A stretch of 64,000 nt of DNA, taken from an uncultured cyanobacterium (GTDB lineage: Bacteria > Cyanobacteriota > Cyanobacteriia > Pseudanabaenales > Pseudanabaenaceae). A program made the position numbers and the translations under genes. Shown in pieces: positions 21,328 to 30,325 of the stretch (positions are counted from its first letter, which is position 1; the number at the start of each line of letters is the position of its first letter). The DNA lies in NCBI GenBank assembly GCA_963703315.1, contig OY969811.1:2016001-2080000 (forward strand), given 5' to 3'. The notes below the pieces were generated by a model. It had not been told where the DNA came from and made no database searches. It worked only from the letters and a program-made list of their open reading frames with translations.

Positions 21328-22164
21328 CTATTCATCATGAGCAAAGCGATTATATAGGAAGTCTAAAGCCGTATTTCTCAGATCATAGTATAGAGGATCT
21401 TCCATAATTTGAGCGCGATCGCGGGGACGAGCAAAGGGAATCGTTAAAACTTCACCGATACTTGCGGCGGGACCATTGGTCATCATCACAAGGCGATCGG
21501 CTAGGAATAAAGCTTCATCAATATCGTGGGTGATCATCAATACTGTGCAGCGATGTTCTGTCCAGATTTGCAAGAGTTCTTCTTGCAGTTCTTCTTTGGT
21601 GATTGCATCCAAAGCGCCAAAGGGTTCATCAAGGATGAGAACTTCGGGACGGATCGATAAGGCTCTAGCGATCGATACACGCTGTTTCATGCCTCCTGAA
21701 ATTTGGGTTGGCTTTTTCTCAGCCGATTCACTCAAACCCACCATTGCTAAATGATGGCGGACGATATCATTTTTCTCGCTTTTCGACATATTGGGATTAA
21801 CCGAGTCTACCGCCAGCATGACATTTTCGTATACTGTGAGCCAAGGCAAGAGGGCATAACCTTGGAAAACAACCATGCGATCGGGACCTGGTTTGGTAAT
21901 CAGTTTGCCATTAACTAAGACTTCGCCGATCGATGGTTTTGAGAAGCCGCCAACCATGTTTAAGAGTGTTGATTTACCACAGCCAGAGTGACCGATTAGG
22001 CAAATAAATTCACCTTCTTGGACATGAAGATTTACATCTTCTAGAACTACATATTGACCGTTATTAGGTGTGGGATAAATTTTGGAAACATTTTCAATGC
22101 GAAGGAAGGATTCTTGAGGCGGAATAGTGGCAGATGTTGTGGGATTAATGGTAGTTTGGGTCAT
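21328..22164 (-). CDS. cmpD: Bicarbonate/nitrate ABC transporter ATPase (D subunit)
   Basis: GHSGCGKST, ISGGMKQR, LDEPFGALD; last gene of the cmpA-led operon (symbol assigned by position). Confidence 0.75.
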   Translation of the reverse strand: MTQTTINPTTSATIPPQESFLRIENVSKIYPTPNNGQYVVLEDVNLHVQEGEFICLIGHSGCGKSTLLNMVGGFSKPSIGEVLVNGKLITKPGPDRMVVFQGYALLPWLTVYENVMLAVDSVNPNMSKSEKNDIVRHHLAMVGLSESAEKKPTQISGGMKQRVSIARALSIRPEVLILDEPFGALDAITKEELQEELLQIWTEHRCTVLMITHDIDEALFLADRLVMMTNGPAASIGEVLTIPFARPRDRAQIMEDPLYYDLRNTALDFLYNRFAHDE

Positions 22165-22207
22165 TTTCTTTTTAACTTTTTAATTTTGTTCTTAAAGTTT
22201 GAGATCT

Positions 22208-22290
22208 AGATCCCCCTCAATCCCCCTTAAAAAGGGGGAAGAATAAAAGATTAATTCTCACCCCTTTTTAAGGGGGGCTGGGGGGGATCG
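22208..22290. repeat. CCCCCTT/AAGGGGG-family palindromic repeat
   Basis: 'gatccccctcaatcccccttaaaaaggggg...ccccttttta aggggggctggggggatc' between the C and D genes. Confidence 0.7.
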
Positions 22291-22293
22291 AAT

Positions 22294-24291
22294 TTAAGCA
22301 ACCATTCGCATAGAATCCATGCCAATCTCTGCCATCGTTATATTGCGCTTAATCTCTAGATGATTGAGATAATCAATGGGATCTTCGGCATTAAAGGGAA
22401 TGTCGTCAAAAAGTTGAATCGCATTGCGGCTGTAAGTGATATCGGTCAAACCAAGCTCCCGCGCTGCGGTACTGAAGACTCCAACCCGACAGCTTTTTTC
22501 GAGAACTTCTACCCAGTTGCGAGGGAAGGGAACATCGCCCCAACGAGCCATCTGGGTAATGTGCCAGAGATGCTCGGAACGGCTAGGGCGGTTGACACCA
22601 GCACCATAGAACTGGTGGTGAGCAGGTTCGCGCATCGGGGAATCGATCGCACAGGTGACATCATCAGGATTACCTAAATGGATGTAATTAACATTCGTGC
22701 TGACATAGGCGCGGCGCGACAAGATCTGGCGAATCTCCTCTGAATTATTGGGATCGGCGCAATACATACAGGCTTCTAGTAAAGCTTTGACGAGAGCGAT
22801 GTGGGTATTGGGATAGGCATTAGCCCAATCTTCGCGCACACCGAGAACTTTGCCAGGGTGTCCTTGCCAAATTTCCAAATCAGTTGCCACAGTGAAGCCA
22901 ATATTTTCCATCGCGGCGCGGAAGTTCCAAGGCTCGCCAACACAGAATCCATCGATGCTACCTGCTTTGAGGTCAACTACCATTTGGGCAGGGGGAATGG
23001 TTTTTAGCTCGACATCGCGATCAGGGTCGATGCCTCCTGCGGCTAACCAGTAGCGCAGTAGCAGATTATGCATTGAAGATGGATGAACTACACCCATACG
23101 GTGAGAGCGATCGCGTGTATCTTGGAGTAAATTTTTGAAATCGCTAAGGGTATGAATACCGCGATCGTAAAAGCGGCGATCGAGACTAATCGCGTTACCA
23201 TTACGGGTCATGGTTAGCGCCGTTACAATGGGTTTGCAAGCACCAGCACCGCCGAGGGTCATCCACATCGGTAAACCTGAAGGCATTTGCGCTGCGTCGA
23301 GATAGCCACCTGCAATACCATCGACAATGCCGCGCCAACTGGTTTCGCGCACTAGCGAGACTTCATCAAGTCCATGCTTTTGAAAGAAGCCTTTCTCTTT
23401 TGCGACAGCGATCGGCGCACAGGCAGTTAAGGGAACGAAGCCGATCTCTAGATTGACCTTTTCTAGACCATGACGAGCCACTGTGGTTACGGTACGCGCA
23501 TTTAGCTTTTTAACACGCTTCTGTTGGTTTAAGAAATAGATGATTTCGCTGCGTAAGCTGTAGTAGCTGGGATGCTTAACCGCTTCTAGTCTTTGACGAG
23601 GACGAGGAATATCTACTTCCAAAATGCCGCCAATTTTCGAGGCGGGACCATTGGTGAGCATGACAATGCGATCGCTTAGCAAGACAGCTTCATCAACATC
23701 ATGTGTGACCATTACTGCCGTAATTTGGTCTTCGTTACAAATCTGCATTAATTTCTCTTGCAGATTACCGCGAGTCAGCGCATCCAAGGCTCCAAAGGGT
23801 TCATCAAGTAATAGAAGTTTTGGACGCACTGCCAAGGCACGGGCGATCGCAACCCTCTGGCGCATACCGCCTGATAGCTGTGTGGGTGGCTTATCGATCG
23901 CATGGGCAAGCCCCACCATTTTTACATAGCGCTCCACTAAATCATGACGCTCACCCTTGGGTAAATGGGAAAGCACTTCGTCAACTGCCAGAGCTACATT
24001 GTCGCGTACCGATAGCCAAGGCAAAAGCGAATAGTTCTGAAATACCACCATGCGATCGGGACCGGGGCGAGTTACGCGCTCATCTTCGAGCATCACTACG
24101 CCGCCACTGGGTAAGTCCAAACCTGCGATCATGTTCAGTAAGGTTGACTTACCACAACCAGAGTGACCGATTAGAGAGATAAATTCACCTTTTTTTATTT
24201 GGAGGTCAATTCCTTTAAGGGCAATATATTCTTTGCCTCCGCCCAAAGGAAATGTTCTCTCTACCTGATCGACTAAAACAAAATCCTGCAT
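22294..24291 (-). CDS. cmpC: Bicarbonate ABC transporter ATPase with C-terminal regulatory binding domain
   Basis: 'YIALKGIDL', 'HPSYYSLRSEIIYFLNQQKRVKK', 'VARHGLEKVNLEIG', 'LVRETSWRGIVDG' match recalled CmpC rather than NrtC. Confidence 0.85.
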   Translation of the reverse strand: MQDFVLVDQVERTFPLGGGKEYIALKGIDLQIKKGEFISLIGHSGCGKSTLLNMIAGLDLPSGGVVMLEDERVTRPGPDRMVVFQNYSLLPWLSVRDNVALAVDEVLSHLPKGERHDLVERYVKMVGLAHAIDKPPTQLSGGMRQRVAIARALAVRPKLLLLDEPFGALDALTRGNLQEKLMQICNEDQITAVMVTHDVDEAVLLSDRIVMLTNGPASKIGGILEVDIPRPRQRLEAVKHPSYYSLRSEIIYFLNQQKRVKKLNARTVTTVARHGLEKVNLEIGFVPLTACAPIAVAKEKGFFQKHGLDEVSLVRETSWRGIVDGIAGGYLDAAQMPSGLPMWMTLGGAGACKPIVTALTMTRNGNAISLDRRFYDRGIHTLSDFKNLLQDTRDRSHRMGVVHPSSMHNLLLRYWLAAGGIDPDRDVELKTIPPAQMVVDLKAGSIDGFCVGEPWNFRAAMENIGFTVATDLEIWQGHPGKVLGVREDWANAYPNTHIALVKALLEACMYCADPNNSEEIRQILSRRAYVSTNVNYIHLGNPDDVTCAIDSPMREPAHHQFYGAGVNRPSRSEHLWHITQMARWGDVPFPRNWVEVLEKSCRVGVFSTAARELGLTDITYSRNAIQLFDDIPFNAEDPIDYLNHLEIKRNITMAEIGMDSMRMVA

Positions 24292-24326
24292 TTTAAAATT
24301 CTCCTTCGTTTTATAAAACTGTTTTT

Positions 24327-24408
24327 AACCCCTCCCTAACCCTCCCCTTGAAAGGGGAGGGAATTCAAATTCTTGTCTCCCCCCTTTCAAGGGGGGACTA
24401 AGGGGGGT
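24327..24408. repeat. CCCCCTT/AAGGGGG-family palindromic repeat
   Basis: 'cccctccctaaccctccccttgaaaggggaggg...ccccctttcaaggggggactaagggggg' between the B and C genes. Confidence 0.7.
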
Positions 24409-24409
24409 A

Positions 24410-25246
24410 TTACTTCTGTTCTTCAGGCAAAATCAAATTTTGAAGCCAGCCGATCCCACGGTCAAGAATCAAGCCGACAGCACCGATATAAACTAGAGCG
24501 AGAATAACTTCACCGACCTTATCGTTAGTGTAAGAATTCCAGATAAAGAAGCCGATACCGACGATACCTGACATGATGATTTCGGCGGCGATAATGGCAA
24601 GCCATGCTAGACCAATGGAAATGCGTAAACCTGTGAAAATATAAGGCAATGCGGAAGGAATCAGAATCTTAAAGAAATACTTTTGCTTAGAGAGTTGTAG
24701 CACTCGCGAAACGTTGCGATAGTCTTGAGGGATTTGCTTAACGCCCACAGCGGTGTTTAACAAGATTGGCCAGACTGCGGTGATGAAAATAACAAACAAG
24801 GCGGCTGGTTCATTTTGACGGAGTGCAGCCAGAGCGATCGGAACCCATGCAAGTGGTGGAACGGTTCGCAAAAACTGGAACAATGGATCGAGCGCTTTGT
24901 CAATAACCGCATTAGTGCCAACCAGAATTCCCACGCCAATACCAACGATCGCTGCGAGTGAGTAACCCTTAGCAACCCGCTCAAAGCTAGCAAGGGTTTG
25001 CCAGAATAGCCCTTTATCCGTACCACCGCGATCAAAAAATGGATAGAGCAGTAGATTGCGAGTAGATTTTTCGTAAAGAATATCCCAAGGACTGGGTAGT
25101 TTAAGGATGCCCGTACCAGAGAGAACTTGCCAAACTAGCAAAAATCCTAAAATACCGATGACGGGAAGTACCCAATTCTGAGCATTTTTCTGCCAAAACT
25201 TCGCGATCGCATTTGATGAATTGCGATTACCAATACTTGCTGCCAT
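24410..25246 (-). CDS. cmpB: Bicarbonate/nitrate ABC transporter permease
   Basis: 'PFFDRGGTDKGLFWQTLAS', 'PLAWVPI', 'GLAWLAIIAAE'; symbol assigned by position. Confidence 0.75.
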   Translation of the reverse strand: MAASIGNRNSSNAIAKFWQKNAQNWVLPVIGILGFLLVWQVLSGTGILKLPSPWDILYEKSTRNLLLYPFFDRGGTDKGLFWQTLASFERVAKGYSLAAIVGIGVGILVGTNAVIDKALDPLFQFLRTVPPLAWVPIALAALRQNEPAALFVIFITAVWPILLNTAVGVKQIPQDYRNVSRVLQLSKQKYFFKILIPSALPYIFTGLRISIGLAWLAIIAAEIIMSGIVGIGFFIWNSYTNDKVGEVILALVYIGAVGLILDRGIGWLQNLILPEEQK

Positions 25247-25268
25247 AAACTTGTTACTCCTAAATGAA

Positions 25269-25371
25269 TTAGCTGTTAGCTGTTAGCTGTTGATTAGTTA
25301 AAAATTGATTAGAGAATGCGGAGATTATCGGCTTTAAGCTAAAAGCTAATGGCTAAAAGCTAATAGCCAAA
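25269..25371. repeat. STRR-type heptamer tandem repeats (TTAGCTG x3; AGCTAA(A/T)-like x5)
   Basis: Seen directly in the cmpA-cmpB spacer; the two blocks are mutually complementary. Confidence 0.7.
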
Positions 25372-25373
25372 AA

Positions 25374-26723
25374 CTAAACCTTCTTAATCTTCAAACTATC
25401 TAGATAAGCCTGTGGATTTTCAGGGTCGAACTTTACACCATCAAAGAATTCTTCAATGCCACGAGATGTGCTAGTCGGAATATCTGCTGTAAATCCTGCT
25501 TCCTTGGCTGCTTCGCGCCAGAGATCTTCACGGTTGACCTTTTTAATCCAATCCTTCGCCTTTGCGAGAGAATCTTTTGGTAAGAAGCCCCAGCGTACAC
25601 TCTCGGTAATGAACCAAAGATCATGACTTTGATAGGGATAGGAAACATTTCCCTTAGCATCTTTCCAATAGAGAGGAGCCATGCTCTTGTCATCGATAAT
25701 GCGCCCATCGCCCATGTCATACTTGCCCATCATCGGTTCTTCAAGGATATTAACGGGTACATCGAAGTAATTTTTACTCGATACAATCTGCACCAATTCC
25801 TTACGGTTATCGAAATTGTCACACCATTGCTGAGCTTCCATAATGGCTTTCAGCATTGACTTGGTTGCTTTAGGATACTTATCCACCCAATCCGATCGCA
25901 TTGCTAGATATTCCTCAGGATGTCCTTTCCACATTTCTGCTGTCAGCGCAGAAAGAAACCCAATTTTCTCTTTGACAATACGGAACGGCCAAGGATCGCC
26001 AGTGCTGAAGGCATCCATTGTTTCCGTTTTCATGTTGGCAACGGTTTGAGCGCTAGGAACTGTTAGCAACTCCGTGTCAGTATCTGGGTCAATGCCATTA
26101 GCGGCTAACCAGTAACGAATCCAAAATTCTTGATTAGCTCTAGGAAAGGTATAGGCAGCTTTAAACCTACTTCCTGCGGATTTCATCTTGTCAAAAGTAG
26201 CTTTAGCATTGTCAATTTTTAGACCCATACCAGTGCCTTTGTGCTTAGCAGAAATTGCGATCGCATTGCCATGGGTATTCAATTGCAGCAATACATACAT
26301 GGGGATTTTTTGATTGTCAGTAATGATGCCCTCAGAAATCAGATAAGGCATCGGCATTTGCCACTGACCGCCATCAATGCCACCAGCAGAAGAGCCAATT
26401 TTGACATTATCTCTAGCGGCTCCCCAGTTGGCTTGCTTCGATAGATTGACTTCCGTCAAACCATATTTGGCGAAATATCCTTTCTCTTTGGCAATGACAA
26501 GAGCAGCAGCTTCGATAATTGGTAGGTAACCGAGTTTAATCTTTGTTGTTTCAGGAACTTGATCAGGAGGAAGATTGATTTTAGTAGCATTAGTAGAACT
26601 TATAGTTGGCGTGTCTTCAGGTGGGTTCCCCAGACATCCTTTAAGAAGCACAGAACTAAGAGCCGTTGCCCCTGCTGTAGCAAGAAAACGTCGCCGTGAA
26701 AAGGTGTTATTCCAATCAGACAT
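25374..26723 (-). CDS. cmpA: Bicarbonate-binding lipoprotein CmpA
   Basis: Tat/lipoprotein signal 'SRRRFL...LKGCLGNPP', '[12 protein letters not shown]', 'GGQWQMPMP' (CmpA-type signature). Confidence 0.85.
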   Translation of the reverse strand: MSDWNNTFSRRRFLATAGATALSSVLLKGCLGNPPEDTPTISSTNATKINLPPDQVPETTKIKLGYLPIIEAAALVIAKEKGYFAKYGLTEVNLSKQANWGAARDNVKIGSSAGGIDGGQWQMPMPYLISEGIITDNQKIPMYVLLQLNTHGNAIAISAKHKGTGMGLKIDNAKATFDKMKSAGSRFKAAYTFPRANQEFWIRYWLAANGIDPDTDTELLTVPSAQTVANMKTETMDAFSTGDPWPFRIVKEKIGFLSALTAEMWKGHPEEYLAMRSDWVDKYPKATKSMLKAIMEAQQWCDNFDNRKELVQIVSSKNYFDVPVNILEEPMMGKYDMGDGRIIDDKSMAPLYWKDAKGNVSYPYQSHDLWFITESVRWGFLPKDSLAKAKDWIKKVNREDLWREAAKEAGFTADIPTSTSRGIEEFFDGVKFDPENPQAYLDSLKIKKV

Positions 26724-26821
26724 AACTTTTTTAAATGGTTAGTAAAAACGATTGATTTATTTCTATTGATATCTTAGAGTGAAGTGTAAGTAGAGTAAAG
26801 TCTATTGTTTTTATAATAAAG

Positions 26822-26837
26822 ATAGATAAAAATCTAT
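26822..26837. promoter_or_regulatory. ATAG-N8-CTAT LysR (NdhR/CcmR-type) operator upstream of cmpA
   Basis: ATAG-ATAAAAAT-CTAT ~100 bp upstream of the cmpA start, within the divergent promoter region. Confidence 0.55.
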
Positions 26838-27022
26838 GTATTTTTTCTGATAGGGTGATCTTTATATGTATCCATCTTGATCTATATATTGGTCATAATA
26901 ATCCACACAAAATCACGTCCTAATGCTTATCAAGACTGACTTCCAGCAATAATCTGAATGATTAATTAGATAAATAAATCTAATTAATCATTCAGCCATA
27001 CCAATTTCATGAATTAAAAACA

Positions 27023-29788
27023 ATGCTGTCTAACATACCTGAGCAACAAATACGAAAAGTCCGTTGGGTCTTAACCTGTGCTTGGTTACTGCTCATTGCT
27101 TCACTCTTTTATGATCCGATTTCTCCTCTAATTACAACTCCCGATCGCCTTTGGAGTCCTTTTCGCATTAAGCCCGAAGATTGCATCCCTGTACAAAATA
27201 CCTGTTTAGATCTGCAACCCTATCCCCTTGGCGCACCGATATTTTGGGGAATCATTGTCCCTAGTTCAATCTTTATCTTGTTAGTATTTGGACATGAGCT
27301 ATGGCGGCGTATTTGTCCTTTATCCTTCCTATCGCAAATTCCTCGCGCCTTGGGATGGCAAAGACAAATAAAAAGAACTGATAGTAAAACGGGGAAAGTC
27401 CGTTATGAAATTCCGAAAGTTAAGAAAGATTCTTGGCTAGGAAAAAATTATTTATATCTTCAGTTTGGACTATTATTTATCGGTTTATGTAGTCGGATCT
27501 TGTTTATTAATGGCAATGCGATCGCTTTAGGGATTTGGCTATTAATAACAATCGCCGCCGCAATCACAGTCGGCTATCTCTATGGTGGCAAGACTTGGTG
27601 TAATTATTTCTGCCCGATGGCTCCTGTACAGAAAATCTATGCGGAACCATCAGCACTATTGGCAACTAAAGCCCACATGAGTGAAGTCCCAATTACCCAA
27701 TCTATGTGTCGGACAATCACCGATGGTAAGGAGCAAAGCGCCTGTGTCGCTTGCCAAAATCCTTGTATTGACATCGACTCTGAGCGATCGTACTGGGATG
27801 GCATAGAGAAACCAGAATCTAAATTCCTTTACTATTGCTATTTGGGATTAGTAGTTGGTTATTTCTTCTATTACTATCTCTATGCAGGAAGTTGGGACTA
27901 TTACTTCTCTGGCGCTTGGGCGATGGAGGGTAACTCTATCCAGAACCTCTTGTCTGCTGGATTCTATTTGTATGGGCAAGTTATTCCAATCCCTAAATTG
28001 ATCGCTGTTCCCCTTACCTTGTCTCTGTTTACTGGATTAGGATATCTATTGGGGCATCTTTCAGAACGGATCTATCGCTCCTATTTACACTTTTATAAAC
28101 AGAAAGCACCAATCACCCTAATTCGGCATCATTTATTTAGCGTTTGCACCTTTATTGCTTTTAACCTATTCTTCATTTTTGGCGGTCGCCCATTTATCCG
28201 TCTATTGCCTAATTTTTTCCAAGAAACTATTGATGTAGTCATTGTCTTACTCAGCACTTTATGGCTCTATCGCACGATCAAACGCGATCCTGAATTGTAT
28301 GCTAAGGAAGGGCTAGCAGGAAGATTTCGCAAACAGTTAATCAAGATGAATTTTCCTCTGGAACAATATTTTACGGGCAAAGATATTGAACAGCTAAATC
28401 CCCATGAAGTTTATGTCCTAGCAAAAGTTTTACCGGGATTTACGAAACAAAAACGTTACGAAGCTTATAAGGGTGTATTGCGTGAAGCCTTGGAGGAAGG
28501 ATATACCAATTCATCTAGTAGCTTAGAGGTGCTGGGACAGTTACGCACCGAATTAGACATTTCCGATACGGAACACCGTACTCTTTTAGATGAGTTAGGC
28601 GTAGAAGATCCGCAACTCCTCGATCCTAGCCGCCAACGTAATTTGGAAAATTTAGTGCGGATTTCTGGATATCGTAAAGCTATGGAAAGATTGATGTATT
28701 TGCAAAATTTAGATGTAACTACAGCGTCTCAGAAAGTGGCTAAGACCTATAGCATTACGCCTGCGGAAGAGCGCGAGATTATGCAAGATTTTGATCGGGA
28801 GGCTTCTCTCAAACAAAAATCCTATTACTATCTTGAGAGTTTAACGCGACTCTTACGTTTGTATCATAGTCTCAATCAATCTTTTTTACTTGACGAAAGA
28901 GCCATAGTATCACTACTTTTAGAGGCAATTCGCCGCAAGAAGCAGATGTTGGTTTTAGCGATTTTAGAGGCGATCGCGACATTAAATAATGAAGAAGCAA
29001 GAGATATTGCGAGAACTTTAGGGAATCTCTCGCCTATAGTTTTACAGGACATTTTAGATGATGGTGAGTCTGAATGGTATCAGAGACTGGATGCCAGCCT
29101 AATTACAATTTTGAAAAGATCTGGTCAAGATGCGGCTTGTTCGGTCTCACTAGAAATTGCTGAAGTTGCTGATGCTTTAACAACACTTTTGCAAGAGCAA
29201 AATCCCCTGATCCAGTCCGCTAGTTTATATCTCTTACAAAAAATTGATTTCCCTCTAGGTCATTCTCTAGCTGTAGATGTAAATAGTAAGCATCCGTTAG
29301 TAGAAGAAATCATCAATTTTATTACTAAGACTAATCACTCAGTCGCTCTCGCAAATTTTCCAATCTTAGAGCGCGTTGTGTACCTTTTTAATAGTGACTT
29401 TTTCCATTCTCTCGACAATGAAATTTTAATAGAGTTAGGTAATCGCGCCTATGTCAAGTCCTATCAAGAGGAAGAGCATATTAGTGAAGCTGGTGATACT
29501 TGTCGGGAACTGTTGCTATTGATTGAAGGGACTGTGGAAATCAGAGTAAAACGCGCTGACCAAACGGAAATTATTTCCCATCTTTTGCCGGGAAAAGTAC
29601 TGGACGAGTTGGAAGTCCTAACCCATACTAATCAGACAGGAACGATCACCGCAAAAGCGTCTCCCACTAGAGTATTAGCGATTCCTGTCGATACCTTTGA
29701 TGATCTGATGGATCGCGATCGCCATCTTGCCATCAAAGTTTTGGAGCTAGAAAGCCTCCGAATTAAAGGACTTTTAGGGACTGCGTAA
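27023..29788 (+). CDS. Polytopic membrane 4Fe-4S (NapH/CcoG-like) protein with C-terminal cyclic-nucleotide-binding domain
   Basis: 'WRRICPL', 'WCNYFCPM', 'CVACQNPC', many TM segments; C-terminal 'GDTCRELLLLIEG..' CAP/cNMP-like domain. Confidence 0.75.
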   Translation: MLSNIPEQQIRKVRWVLTCAWLLLIASLFYDPISPLITTPDRLWSPFRIKPEDCIPVQNTCLDLQPYPLGAPIFWGIIVPSSIFILLVFGHELWRRICPLSFLSQIPRALGWQRQIKRTDSKTGKVRYEIPKVKKDSWLGKNYLYLQFGLLFIGLCSRILFINGNAIALGIWLLITIAAAITVGYLYGGKTWCNYFCPMAPVQKIYAEPSALLATKAHMSEVPITQSMCRTITDGKEQSACVACQNPCIDIDSERSYWDGIEKPESKFLYYCYLGLVVGYFFYYYLYAGSWDYYFSGAWAMEGNSIQNLLSAGFYLYGQVIPIPKLIAVPLTLSLFTGLGYLLGHLSERIYRSYLHFYKQKAPITLIRHHLFSVCTFIAFNLFFIFGGRPFIRLLPNFFQETIDVVIVLLSTLWLYRTIKRDPELYAKEGLAGRFRKQLIKMNFPLEQYFTGKDIEQLNPHEVYVLAKVLPGFTKQKRYEAYKGVLREALEEGYTNSSSSLEVLGQLRTELDISDTEHRTLLDELGVEDPQLLDPSRQRNLENLVRISGYRKAMERLMYLQNLDVTTASQKVAKTYSITPAEEREIMQDFDREASLKQKSYYYLESLTRLLRLYHSLNQSFLLDERAIVSLLLEAIRRKKQMLVLAILEAIATLNNEEARDIARTLGNLSPIVLQDILDDGESEWYQRLDASLITILKRSGQDAACSVSLEIAEVADALTTLLQEQNPLIQSASLYLLQKIDFPLGHSLAVDVNSKHPLVEEIINFITKTNHSVALANFPILERVVYLFNSDFFHSLDNEILIELGNRAYVKSYQEEEHISEAGDTCRELLLLIEGTVEIRVKRADQTEIISHLLPGKVLDELEVLTHTNQTGTITAKASPTRVLAIPVDTFDDLMDRDRHLAIKVLELESLRIKGLLGTA

Positions 29789-29871
29789 GTGAGCAAAGTC
29801 AAATAATAACCCCGCCGCAAGCGGGGTTATTCATCTAATTATCATTGGGACAGATGACTAGTGCCAATAGT

Positions 29872-30309
29872 TTAGGTAAGCCCTGTACTACCAAAACCAC
29901 CAATACCGCGATCGCTGGTTCCTAGCTCTCCTTCAATATATTGAGCTTGAGTTACTGGTTTTAAAACTAATTGAGCGATTTTTTGACCTTTAGCAAAGGT
30001 ATAAGTTTCTGTTCCAAGGTTAATCACAATTATTTGGATTTCGCCGCGATAGCCAGCATCGACAGTCCCTGGGGAATTAAGAACGGCAATACCATGTTTA
30101 AGGGCAAGTCCACTTTTAGGACGCACTTGAATTTCGTAACCAATGGGAATATCGACAGCTAAACCCGTAGGAATTGCCGCACGATTTAGAGGTTGCAGAG
30201 TGACTTCCGCAACAGAATAGACATCGGCTCCCGCATCACCAACATGGGCATAGCTAGGAACCTGTGCATCGGGATGGAGCTTTTGAAATTTGATTTCTAT
30301 GGTTTGCAT
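29872..30309 (-). CDS. dut: dUTP diphosphatase
   Basis: 'DAGAD', 'RPKSGLA', 'NSPGTVDAGYRGEI', 'RGIGGFGSTG'. Confidence 0.95.
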   Translation of the reverse strand: MQTIEIKFQKLHPDAQVPSYAHVGDAGADVYSVAEVTLQPLNRAAIPTGLAVDIPIGYEIQVRPKSGLALKHGIAVLNSPGTVDAGYRGEIQIIVINLGTETYTFAKGQKIAQLVLKPVTQAQYIEGELGTSDRGIGGFGSTGLT

Positions 30310-30325
30310 TAATTAAGGAGATAGA

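Noticed and set aside
21328..26723. Calling the operon nrtABCD
   Set aside because: The binding protein and C subunit carry Cmp signatures, there is an ATAG-N8-CTAT box, and no nirA/narB is adjacent.
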